IMG/VR virus record: IMGVR_UViG_3300022204_000001
Coordinates: 1 to 43,280 of that record
Direction: 5' to 3' (one strand)
Source of the DNA: a virus
Length of the DNA: 43,280 nucleotides
Program-made: the position numbers and the translations under genes
The notes under the pieces: model-generated
What the model was told of the DNA's origin: nothing
Databases searched by the model: none
Seen by the model: only the letters and a program-made list of their open reading frames with translations
Shown: positions 7,195 to 15,498 of the stretch, piece by piece
Numbering within the stretch: position 1 is the stretch's first letter
Layout: each line of letters opens with the position of its first letter

Positions 7195-9569
7195 TCTGTC
7201 TCACTCCAATATTTAGCAGGTACTAACTCACCTGTCTCTTTATTTATAAGTCCTCGCTTAACTCCTGCGGGAACTGTGAATGTTCTTATCTTTCCGTCAT
7301 AGGCTTTAATTGTAATAGGAATCTCCATACAATCTTTCACCATATCACAGAGGTATTCGTGGCCTATTCTGTATTGGAATAATATAGAGTCATGTACTTG
7401 AGCGCATAGTTTAAAGTTATCTGCATGTATAGGATTTATAGCTATTGTATGGAATACTTTTATCCAAGCCTTGTTAAGGGTCTGGGCATTTAATGACTGG
7501 GGTGGATGAGCTACATAAGAGTTAAGAGTCATCTTAGATTTAGTAGGATCACCAAAGCAGTAACGAGTCCAAGATGGATATACTTTTATAGCACCTTCAT
7601 ACTCATCTTCTACTCTATATAACGCCTCTTCATCCAAAGGTCTAACATGATGTAATGCTTTACTGCTTAACATCTTAGTGCTACCTATCTCAGCAACTAT
7701 ACCTTTATACATAGTCTCCCTGATCTTAGGGTAGGTCTTATGGAAACCTTCCAGCAAGAACTCAGCAACTTCCTTAAGACTCCATACCTTGGGCAGTCCT
7801 AATAGATTCCTTGCGAGTATTATCTTTTCTTCGCCCATAGTATCTATGAGTACAGACCAGCCCATATTATAGTTAGCACCGTGGTTAACTCTCTTACCTA
7901 TATCTCGTAACTTCTTATCTATGACTACCTTATTAACATCGTCATATATTTTATCATAAGCTACGCCAAAGAAGGCTTCTACGTTGTGAGCATGGAAGTC
8001 TCTAGTACCTTCCACTGCTTCTATCAGCTTCTCTTCTCCAGATATGTAAGCTGTATCTCGTGACTCAGCCTGCTCTAAATCTACCTCTGCAAGATAGAAT
8101 CCAGGATCAGCTACTAGAGTCTGCTTAACTAACTTACCTCTAGGAATATTCTGAATCTGTAGTCCAGTCCAGAAGTGATGTTCCTTAGATGCTAGTCTGG
8201 AGGTATCAGTTCCATGAGGATTAAGAGCATAGAGTATTCTATTACCAGTACCATCTAGGCGGTGGAACTCTTTAGCCTTGTCTTCCGTAGTTAGATAAGT
8301 AGTCAGGAGTTTCCTAGCCTTCCTACTCTTAGCTATATAGCCTAACACTCTACCGTTAAAGGGGTGACGGAATTTAGCCTTAGTAAGACTCTTCTCATCT
8401 GAGGAAGTAATATCCTTACAGCCCAGGAGTTTCAGTAATTGTACTACCTGCTTAGGAGAGCCAGGATTAAAGTTAGGTTCACCTAGTACATTTCTTAGAG
8501 ACGCTACTAGGCTATCATCTAAGTCTTGTTGTTCTTTTCTAGCTAGTTCTAGCCTATCCATATCACGTGCTATACCTGTCATCTCTGCAAGTACACAAGG
8601 GAATACAGTAGGGAACTCTAGTAGATAGTTTTCCTTCGCCCATTTAGGAGCCTCTAACATCCAAGCTATAGCACAGCAACCAGTAGCATAAGTATCTAGT
8701 GCATTGTAATGGTAGTATTCCTGTAGGTCATCTGTGTGAGCCATATCTTTCCAGTACATAGAGTCACGTACAAAGAAAGAGTTAATGGCTGCTAGATCCT
8801 TAGGAAGTTCTGAGTACCAGCAGTGGAACATATTAGCTGTATCATACACATAGTTATATACAGGAGCACTGTAGCGGAGGAGATAATTGTTATCATACTT
8901 ACCATTCTGGAATACTTTGGGAGCTTTAACTTCCCAGCATAGCTTACGTAATAAGGCCAGTGCATAAGGAGAATCTATCGGAAGTACAACGGCATGAGCT
9001 GATATATGTCCGTCAGGAGTATAGTAGAACCCACAGAAAGCCACACATCTAATCTGCGCAGACTCTTTGAATGTCTCTATATCTATAGATGTCAGGAAGG
9101 AAGTTTGTAGTGCTGCAAGATCAGACTCAAAAGATTCAGGAGTACACAGACTCCAAGAGAAAGGAATCTTCTGCATCCACTCACCTTTACGTACTAGTTT
9201 AGATACGTAACGTCTGAGTAGGAATTTACCATAAGGTACAGTGAAGGTGTGCTTAAGAGGGTGTACGAATACTATCTCTATGTAAGATCCATCTTCCTTA
9301 CCTGTATCTAATCTGAATACCGAGCCAGCATAGTTAGCTAGCGAAGGAGCTTTCTTTTCAGTCCACTTAAGTAGCTTCATAAGGAGGGGTATGGAGGTAG
9401 ATATAATACCTGTTATCTCTCTGGAGGCACAGTACATCTTAACTTCTGTAAGAGTAGTTATTTTCTCCAGACGTACAAAACAAGTAGCTCCACCTACACA
9501 GTTCTTAAGTGAGGGGAGATACTCTTTATCTATGAATGAACCATAGAAGCATAGGTTATTAGCAGTCAT
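7191..9569 (-). CDS. Family A DNA polymerase with 3'-5' exonuclease domain
   Basis: Exo motifs SIDIETF, NGKYDNNYL, YNALDTYAT. Pol motif A VDLEQAESR, motif B RDIGKRVNHGANYNMG, motif C QVHDSILF. Confidence 0.9.
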   Translation of the reverse strand: MTANNLCFYGSFIDKEYLPSLKNCVGGATCFVRLEKITTLTEVKMYCASREITGIISTSIPLLMKLLKWTEKKAPSLANYAGSVFRLDTGKEDGSYIEIVFVHPLKHTFTVPYGKFLLRRYVSKLVRKGEWMQKIPFSWSLCTPESFESDLAALQTSFLTSIDIETFKESAQIRCVAFCGFYYTPDGHISAHAVVLPIDSPYALALLRKLCWEVKAPKVFQNGKYDNNYLLRYSAPVYNYVYDTANMFHCWYSELPKDLAAINSFFVRDSMYWKDMAHTDDLQEYYHYNALDTYATGCCAIAWMLEAPKWAKENYLLEFPTVFPCVLAEMTGIARDMDRLELARKEQQDLDDSLVASLRNVLGEPNFNPGSPKQVVQLLKLLGCKDITSSDEKSLTKAKFRHPFNGRVLGYIAKSRKARKLLTTYLTTEDKAKEFHRLDGTGNRILYALNPHGTDTSRLASKEHHFWTGLQIQNIPRGKLVKQTLVADPGFYLAEVDLEQAESRDTAYISGEEKLIEAVEGTRDFHAHNVEAFFGVAYDKIYDDVNKVVIDKKLRDIGKRVNHGANYNMGWSVLIDTMGEEKIILARNLLGLPKVWSLKEVAEFLLEGFHKTYPKIRETMYKGIVAEIGSTKMLSSKALHHVRPLDEEALYRVEDEYEGAIKVYPSWTRYCFGDPTKSKMTLNSYVAHPPQSLNAQTLNKAWIKVFHTIAINPIHADNFKLCAQVHDSILFQYRIGHEYLCDMVKDCMEIPITIKAYDGKIRTFTVPAGVKRGLINKETGELVPAKYWSETE
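7258..7292. repeat. 35-bp perfect direct repeat, copy B (encodes KIRTFTVPAGV near the polymerase C-terminus)
   Basis: Identical to 6885..6919. Confidence 0.95.
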
Positions 9570-9629
9570 ATTAGATTCTTCTCATTCATCATTCAATCTC
9601 CTGTAGATAGGCTTCGTGTGTTATAAGGA

Positions 9630-9794
9630 TTAAAAGTCTTCCTTTACTTTCTTCCAAACTACCCGAGCGGCCCATACAAATAAACCAATAATAACCCACA
9701 AGCTCACATACTTAAGTGTTAGGTAAATATAGAGCGCATTAATACCGTCAGCGCCCAACGTTTCTAAAGCAATCGCTAATTTATCGTCCATCAT
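9630..9794 (-). CDS. Small membrane protein (54 aa)
   Basis: Not in the track (<60 aa). AACAGGAGAGAATGATG start module. Hydrophobic segment LWVIIGLFVWAARVVW. Confidence 0.45.
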   Translation of the reverse strand: MMDDKLAIALETLGADGINALYIYLTLKYVSLWVIIGLFVWAARVVWKKVKEDF

Positions 9795-9847
9795 TCTCTC
9801 CTGTTACATGTAAGGTTATACATATTTCCCGTCACCATAATCAGTAA

Positions 9848-9973
9848 CTATTTTTTTGCAACACCTACAGGTAGCGTGGCTGTGCTCATAAAACCAGTAA
9901 TCTTTCGGGAAATGACCAAATATCTTGCAAATAAGCATTTGAATTTTTTGTTTAAAGCTGTACCCCACATCAT
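9848..9973 (-). CDS. Small ORF (41 aa)
   Basis: Has the same 17-nt SD-ATGATG module as 9630..9794. No other support. Confidence 0.3.
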   Translation of the reverse strand: MMWGTALNKKFKCLFARYLVISRKITGFMSTATLPVGVAKK

Positions 9974-10143
9974 TCTCTCCTGTTCTATCACGTTTAACTT
10001 AGGCTATCGTTATGTTATACTAACCTTCTTATAGTAACACTAGTAGATTCTAGTGCAGTGCTATTATAAGAAGCCTCTACCTACCACTCTGTGCCAGCAG
10101 ATACAGCAGGTAGAAGCAATCATACTACAGGCTTACCTTAGCC

Positions 10144-10572
10144 TTATACTACTTCCAGTTCTTTGATGTTCATACGGAACACAGTCTTATCGTTCTTGTC
10201 CTGTTTCAAGGAAGTAACAATTAGACACTCGATGTCTTTAGTCTGCTCCACAATCTCACGATTGGAGATAGTACCAAAGGCTGCACCCAGAGGTTTAGCT
10301 AATGCCTTGAAGTTACCACGACCAAACTCATTGTCAAGCATACAAAGTACGCTAGCTTCTGAGCCTGCCTTAGGTGCTTCTGCCTTAGTGGGTTCAGCAA
10401 GTTCGATGGTTTCCACCATCTTACAGCTAACTTCTATAGACTGATGACCGTTAACTTCTTTCTCATTCATTGAAACTAACGCACGATGTACGCCAGCAGG
10501 GAATGGTTCAAAGGTAGGTAGATCTTCAAGATCATCAAGGGTCGCATCAAGTAAGTTGTCGATTTCTGACAT
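10144..10572 (-). CDS. DUF669-like protein, possible ssDNA-binding partner of the Sak4-like ATPase
   Basis: Acidic N-terminus followed by LPTFEPFPAGVHRALV. Lies directly downstream of the AAA_24-like ATPase. The family assignment is from memory. Confidence 0.45.
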   Translation of the reverse strand: MSEIDNLLDATLDDLEDLPTFEPFPAGVHRALVSMNEKEVNGHQSIEVSCKMVETIELAEPTKAEAPKAGSEASVLCMLDNEFGRGNFKALAKPLGAAFGTISNREIVEQTKDIECLIVTSLKQDKNDKTVFRMNIKELEVV

Positions 10573-10701
10573 AGTATTATACCTTATATAGTAGTTGGAG
10601 TTTATATTCTATTACAGTATTGTATTAGATATATAGTTGGGTGGAGCGTTTGATGTTTACGTTGAACACCTTGGGTGCTACCAGAGCCAGATTCTTTATA
10701 G

Positions 10702-11580
10702 CTAACTAGTAACCTTATTTCTTAGGGCTTCTAGTCTACTTTGTGTGTTACCTGTACCTGCTGTAACAGAGGAGGAAGTAACAGTCTTAGGCGCCGGGGC
10801 TACGCTAGGTTTGAATATCTCTAGCAATGAGGCGCCTTCCTTATTATCTAAGACTACATCTGTTCTACTGCCAGTGAGAATATTATTAGCATAGGAGGTA
10901 GAGGAAGCAAATACATGTTTCTTATTCTTTCTCTGAGCGTAGATAACGTGGTCAAAATACTTAGCTACGTTACGAGAGAAGTTTCTTGTGCCGCCCACAG
11001 GTACTAGGATATTCTTGCCATCTTCTTGTTCAGCTTCTATCTCATGTGAGATAACAATTCTATTGTACTTAGCTTGCTGTAGATGGGAGAAGAATATATC
11101 CATCAACTTACCTAAGTTACCCCAGTCATCATAGTTAAGTTTATAATCGTCTGGCTGATTCTTAGTTATGTTACTGATAGCAGAGTTAGATAACTGAGTA
11201 GCTGAGTCGAATACTACAATAGTATCCTCACCTAAGGAGTTAAGATCAACTTCCGTGGAAGGTGCAGCATTTCTCTTACATACCATACAGCTACACTTAC
11301 CATGCAGTTCGCATATATCTACCTTACCTTTAACCATCTTAAGTACAGTCTCGATAGCTATAGGATAGGAACGAGTATCAGGTAGATTAATGAGTTCTAT
11401 TCTTTCCTGCCATTCCTCAGGGAACTTAAATAGAGTCTCATGACCATTCTCTAAATCTACCCAGATAAGATTGAAGTGCTCAGATAACTCTCCTGCCATC
11501 TGTGTCTTACCAGTCTTAGGCGCACCGAATATCATTACCCCATGAGTAGACGATTGTTTAACTGTGTTTAACTTAGCCAT
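10702..11580 (-). CDS. Sak4/AAA_24-like RecA-fold ATPase
   Basis: Walker A FGAPKTGKTQ and Walker B IVVFDSATQ. ATG at 11580 overlaps the upstream TAA (TAATG); the track start at 11640 is further upstream. Confidence 0.7.
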   Translation of the reverse strand: MAKLNTVKQSSTHGVMIFGAPKTGKTQMAGELSEHFNLIWVDLENGHETLFKFPEEWQERIELINLPDTRSYPIAIETVLKMVKGKVDICELHGKCSCMVCKRNAAPSTEVDLNSLGEDTIVVFDSATQLSNSAISNITKNQPDDYKLNYDDWGNLGKLMDIFFSHLQQAKYNRIVISHEIEAEQEDGKNILVPVGGTRNFSRNVAKYFDHVIYAQRKNKKHVFASSTSYANNILTGSRTDVVLDNKEGASLLEIFKPSVAPAPKTVTSSSVTAGTGNTQSRLEALRNKVTS

Positions 11581-11807
11581 TACATTGGCTCCTTTATACC
11601 TAAGTTTACTCGTTGTGCGTAAGACATTACAGAGAGGCACTTCTCGATAGTATGTTCTCTATCCTCTATCTCTGCTTCCAGTCTCAGAGTCTTCTCCCTG
11701 TACTTAGATAAAGCCTGTTTGGAAAGTCGCTCTAACTCTAGGTACAATGAGAGAGGTACTGTGTCTGAGACATTAACTGTGATGTTTATTTCCTGTGAAT
11801 CTGGCAT
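11580..11807 (-). CDS. Hypothetical coiled-coil protein (75 aa)
   Basis: ATG start, coupled to the downstream gene. Confidence 0.55.
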   Translation of the reverse strand: MPDSQEINITVNVSDTVPLSLYLELERLSKQALSKYREKTLRLEAEIEDREHTIEKCLSVMSYAQRVNLGIKEPM

Positions 11808-11818
11808 GATTCTATCCT

Positions 11819-12880
11819 CTATGCTTTATCTAATTGTGTTTCAATAAGATCTAAGAAGTTCATATCAAAATCATAAACTTCCTTAGCTTCTATATTATCT
11901 AACATAGCTTGCGTCAATGGCTTAACTAAGTTAGTAGTATTCAATGTGCATAAACCTAAGTACTCGCATTCACGATAGAAGTCATAACAACTTTCGCCAT
12001 GCATAGGATAGGTATTAAATGCTTCATACAACTCTACCTGCTTACAGTCTAGTAAGAGTTCCGTTAGCCAGAGCGCACGTTGTAGAGAAGACTTCTCAAA
12101 GGGCAACTCTATAAACTCTTTTAAGGGAGTTGAATAAACCAGATACAGCACAGTATAACTAGACAAGCCAGGATATATAGTATCCAGTATGATGCTGTAA
12201 CCAATAGCTTGAGAAGAGTTCTTATACTGTGCATTATTAACCTCTCTATAAGAAGTAGTCTTATCTTCCAGTACCACTATAGCGCCAGTGACTTTATGTC
12301 TCAGTACAGCATCTATGAATCCACGATACTTAAAGCCGTTAGGCATATTGATACGGAAAGATAGCTCTACCGCTGGCTTAGTATTACCTTCACTGTCTGT
12401 ATAGTACACCAGTTCGTAGTCATCTAAGTAGCCATTATCTACAATAGATTTAAATTGCTGTATAGCTAGACAGGCTTCCCAGAAGGATTTATTCTGCTTA
12501 GGGTTACGTAAAATTATATCTACATTCCAGTGCAGGAATCCATCTAGGAGTAAGGAGTCTACTGAAGTACCTTGTAAGATACCTTGTATGCCTTCACCTA
12601 CTACGTGACCATAGTCAAATGTAAGCTGCTGGTAATCGTTAGCTAAACAGTCAGCAGATTCCTGCTCTAAACTATTCATACGATATAGCTGATATTTACG
12701 AGGGCATTTATGGAGAGTGTTACGGGAGCTATGAGATAGCAGTAACAGGCGCGGGTCTATGCCTTCCACATATACTAGTGGAGATTCATCTATTTGAGAG
12801 ACAGAAGATTCGGATAGACTATCTGAACCTAGAGATATATCTAAGTCAGGCATAGCATCTAATAGATTTGTTTCAGACAT
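11819..12880 (-). CDS. Cas4-like PD-(D/E)XK exonuclease
   Basis: IDAV...VVLEDKT (D..ExK), an N-terminal Cys (HKCPRKY) and a C-terminal cluster CYDFYRECEYLGLC. The start could also be 12898. Confidence 0.7.
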   Translation of the reverse strand: MSETNLLDAMPDLDISLGSDSLSESSVSQIDESPLVYVEGIDPRLLLLSHSSRNTLHKCPRKYQLYRMNSLEQESADCLANDYQQLTFDYGHVVGEGIQGILQGTSVDSLLLDGFLHWNVDIILRNPKQNKSFWEACLAIQQFKSIVDNGYLDDYELVYYTDSEGNTKPAVELSFRINMPNGFKYRGFIDAVLRHKVTGAIVVLEDKTTSYREVNNAQYKNSSQAIGYSIILDTIYPGLSSYTVLYLVYSTPLKEFIELPFEKSSLQRALWLTELLLDCKQVELYEAFNTYPMHGESCYDFYRECEYLGLCTLNTTNLVKPLTQAMLDNIEAKEVYDFDMNFLDLIETQLDKA

Positions 12881-13265
12881 TGGAATTAATCCTATCATTG
12901 TTAGTAACAGTACTGTCAGCGTAGAAGGCTTCCAGTCTAGGTAATACTTCTGTGACTACACACTCTAATATTATGTTGTAGTCTGTGTTCAGAATGTCAG
13001 CTAACCGAGAAGTCTCGTAGCCACCTAACACTCTTGATGAATAGTAACTTGGATTCTTAGGAGTTATGCTTATAGGTTTAAGCCACTCAACTAAGTTCTT
13101 AAGCCCTTCCATGTAGTTTACATAGCAAGCTCTGTTAGCTTTATGGTATATAACTAGCAATGCCCACAGAGGGAACTCCATACGCTCAGACTCTGAATCT
13201 TTAGAGGAGGTATTAAGAGATAATCTAAGGGCAGCTAAACGCGCAGGATCAATGAGAGCTGACAT
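12873..13265 (-). CDS. Hypothetical protein (130 aa)
   Basis: ATG start, packed in the operon. Confidence 0.6.
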   Translation of the reverse strand: MSALIDPARLAALRLSLNTSSKDSESERMEFPLWALLVIYHKANRACYVNYMEGLKNLVEWLKPISITPKNPSYYSSRVLGGYETSRLADILNTDYNIILECVVTEVLPRLEAFYADSTVTNNDRINSNV

Positions 13266-13560
13266 TTAATATCTTACCTGCATCAGACACAGCTCGTAAG
13301 TAGTGTCTAACTAACTCTTCTGTGATCTTACCTGTCTCTACTAAAGCTGAGAAGCTAGCGTAGTTATACTGCATACGTAGGTATGTGATATTAGCAGGAT
13401 CTTTGTACTTATGAGTTATCTCTGAGTCTAGCAGGTAGATGTCATTAGCAGCATCTTCAATAAGAGTTACCTTAAAGTCAGCTCCTACCTGAGCTAGATG
13501 CCCATGCCATACTACCGTATTGAGAACTCCTGCCTCTGGAGTAGTGGGAGACTTATCCAT
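13249..13560 (-). CDS. Hypothetical protein (103 aa)
   Basis: ATG start with a 1-nt overlap with the upstream stop. Confidence 0.6.
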   Translation of the reverse strand: MDKSPTTPEAGVLNTVVWHGHLAQVGADFKVTLIEDAANDIYLLDSEITHKYKDPANITYLRMQYNYASFSALVETGKITEELVRHYLRAVSDAGKILNVSSH

Positions 13561-13823
13561 TACAAGTCCGCCAGAGTAGTCTGCTTAAGAGATTTCTTAG
13601 GGGTAGACTTAAGAGCTTTAGTTGCAAGTTCTATCTTAGTAAACTCTTTAAGTCCAGACATTAAAATATTACACTCTTCCTCAGTAAGGATAGTGACTAT
13701 CTCAGGGTCTTTCTTAAGCTGCGTGTGAATAGTGCGGAGAAGGGTTGCTAGATTAGGAGTAGTAGTATTAAGCTGCTCTTCCATCTCTGTAAGGTTCTCT
13801 CTTACTTGTTCTGCTAGGTTCAT
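13560..13823 (-). CDS. Hypothetical protein (87 aa)
   Basis: ATG start. Confidence 0.6.
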   Translation of the reverse strand: MNLAEQVRENLTEMEEQLNTTTPNLATLLRTIHTQLKKDPEIVTILTEEECNILMSGLKEFTKIELATKALKSTPKKSLKQTTLADL

Positions 13824-13849
13824 AAGACTGGTCTCAGGTTGTTAAATTA

Positions 13850-13945
13850 TTAGAATGTAACTATACTATATACGTATGCTACAGTCGTACAGAATACGAT
13901 TATGAATAAGGAATCTACAAACAGTTTAGCGTAATACTTATTCAT
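13850..13945 (-). CDS. Tiny hydrophobic ORF (31 aa)
   Basis: ATGA overlap with the stop of 13942..14202. Sequence MNKYYAKLFVDSLFIIVFCTTVAYVYSIVTF. Confidence 0.3.
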   Translation of the reverse strand: MNKYYAKLFVDSLFIIVFCTTVAYVYSIVTF

Positions 13946-14202
13946 AAGTCATGTACTCCAATATAAGCTGGTATTATTTTCATAGATAGAGAGAAGGTTA
14001 TAAGGTTCTTATTAGTAACATCTACTGATATGACTAGGGTAGCTTTAAGGCATCTGTCAGCTAGAAGTAGCTTATAACCTTCATCTCTATGCTTCTCTTT
14101 CGTTACTGCTTTGATAATTCTTTTGTGTCTTTCTACAGGCGCAACTATGGAGGCATGGTTCTTAGTTTTAATTGCATGCCAGATAGGTTCGTACTGTCTC
14201 AT
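13942..14202 (-). CDS. Hypothetical protein (86 aa)
   Basis: ATG at 14202 forms an ATGA overlap with the upstream gene. The track start at 14232 is GTG. Confidence 0.55.
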   Translation of the reverse strand: MRQYEPIWHAIKTKNHASIVAPVERHKRIIKAVTKEKHRDEGYKLLLADRCLKATLVISVDVTNKNLITFSLSMKIIPAYIGVHDL

Positions 14203-14477
14203 GCACTCACAGCAGCTAAACGTCTTGCACACTCTTGCTTAGATTGGTGCGGAGTATACTTACTACGAGAGGAGTGAGAGGAAAGAGCTACAGACTTAAT
14301 GAAGCCTTTAGATTTATTCTTACCACGTGCAGAATCATTGAAGTCACGTAGTAACTTATTAAGTTCCACGTTCATTAGAGTTGTCACAGCAGTAGTTAAC
14401 AAGGCTCCAATGGAAGCTCTTATCGCTAGTCTGCTTGGGTTGGTTAGAAGGTTTCTCATATCGTTATTCCTTAGCAT
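14199..14477 (-). CDS. Hypothetical basic protein (92 aa)
   Basis: ATG start. Lys/Arg/Ser-rich C-terminal half. Confidence 0.55.
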   Translation of the reverse strand: MLRNNDMRNLLTNPSRLAIRASIGALLTTAVTTLMNVELNKLLRDFNDSARGKNKSKGFIKSVALSSHSSRSKYTPHQSKQECARRLAAVSA

Positions 14478-14505
14478 TGTTGTGGGTGAGTAATTAGCTT
14501 AATAA

Positions 14506-14539
14506 AAGATTCTCCCTATAACTAGATAAGGAGAATCTT
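14506..14539 (-). terminator. Hairpin terminator candidate after 14582..15343
   Basis: Perfect 10-bp stem aagattctcc/ggagaatctt with a 14-nt loop, followed on the minus strand by TTATTAA. Confidence 0.5.
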
Positions 14540-14581
14540 AGGGTTAAACTAACTAACTAATCAATGGTATTTATGTACCTG

Positions 14582-15343
14582 TTACAGATTAGCCAGCAGT
14601 TCTTCTGGAGTTGTGTTGATAAGTTTGTCAGCCTTATCTACTAAGAACTCAATGCAACCTACGAACTCATCAGCACGTGAGCTGTTAGCTGCGTAGATAG
14701 AAAGCTGCTCAAGTAACAATTCCAATACAGGAATGTTAGTTTTAACAGAGGCAAACTTAGTTTCCAGAATCTTAGCTGCACGGGTAACAGGATCGACACC
14801 TTTACCAGTAGCTTCTGGCATAACTTTGATGTAGTCCTTAGCAAAGTCTTCCCAGACTTCTTTAGCAATACCACCACCAGAGCGTTCTGCCTTAGGCATG
14901 TTAGCAATAAACTCCCAAGAGAGCTTATCTACTGGCAGATTAACTGCGTTAATAGTAGTGTCTTCTGAGATCATGCTACGAGCTTGCTGTGTGATAATAG
15001 CTTCTACCGCATCAATCAGCAGTTCTAAGCCTTTACCACCATCTTCCAGTATCTGTACGATACCATTAACAGAAGGGTAAGGAATAGGAAGCTCTAAAGC
15101 ATCACGCTTAGTTTCGCTAATTACTCTACCTTCTGAGTCTTTCTCTACAGAAGTTTTAAAGCGGAAGATTGTAGGCTTAACATTAACCTTAAAGTTAAAG
15201 TTATCTTTAATGTCAGCACAGATAGCTGCCATCTCTTCAGGCGTAGGTACAGGCGTAGGTTCAGAGGTAGTTGTATCCCGTGAATCAGATACTTCTGCTA
15301 CTTCTTCTTCGTTAGTTTCAGTGTTTAGAGTGTTTTCATTCAT
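14582..15343 (-). CDS. Hypothetical protein (253 aa, acidic N-terminus); possible distant paralog of 20944..21642
   Basis: ATG start. Has its own promoter-like and terminator-like signals. Confidence 0.7.
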   Translation of the reverse strand: MNENTLNTETNEEEVAEVSDSRDTTTSEPTPVPTPEEMAAICADIKDNFNFKVNVKPTIFRFKTSVEKDSEGRVISETKRDALELPIPYPSVNGIVQILEDGGKGLELLIDAVEAIITQQARSMISEDTTINAVNLPVDKLSWEFIANMPKAERSGGGIAKEVWEDFAKDYIKVMPEATGKGVDPVTRAAKILETKFASVKTNIPVLELLLEQLSIYAANSSRADEFVGCIEFLVDKADKLINTTPEELLANL

Positions 15344-15430
15344 TACATATTCCTTAGCTATATAGCTGTTAGATTTAAGTAGTACGTACTAGGTTTATAA
15401 AACTGAGGCATAAGTTCCCCCAGAGTGATT

Positions 15431-15458
15431 AGAATACCACAGTTCCATATTGAGTCAA
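15431..15458 (-). promoter_or_regulatory. Sigma70-like promoter candidate with extended -10
   Basis: Minus strand reads TTGACT-N16-TATTCT, and the spacer ends in TGG (TGn). Confidence 0.4.
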
Positions 15459-15498
15459 GAACTATTTTATTTATTAGATAGAGGCTAGGTTAGAGGTC

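Noticed and set aside
10636-10675. CCTTGGGTG/TTGGGTGG motifs in the 10573-10701 spacer that resemble the CCTTGG-containing helices at 27121-27262
   Set aside because: The shared core is only a 6-nt palindrome, expected several times by chance in 43 kb. No extended similarity.
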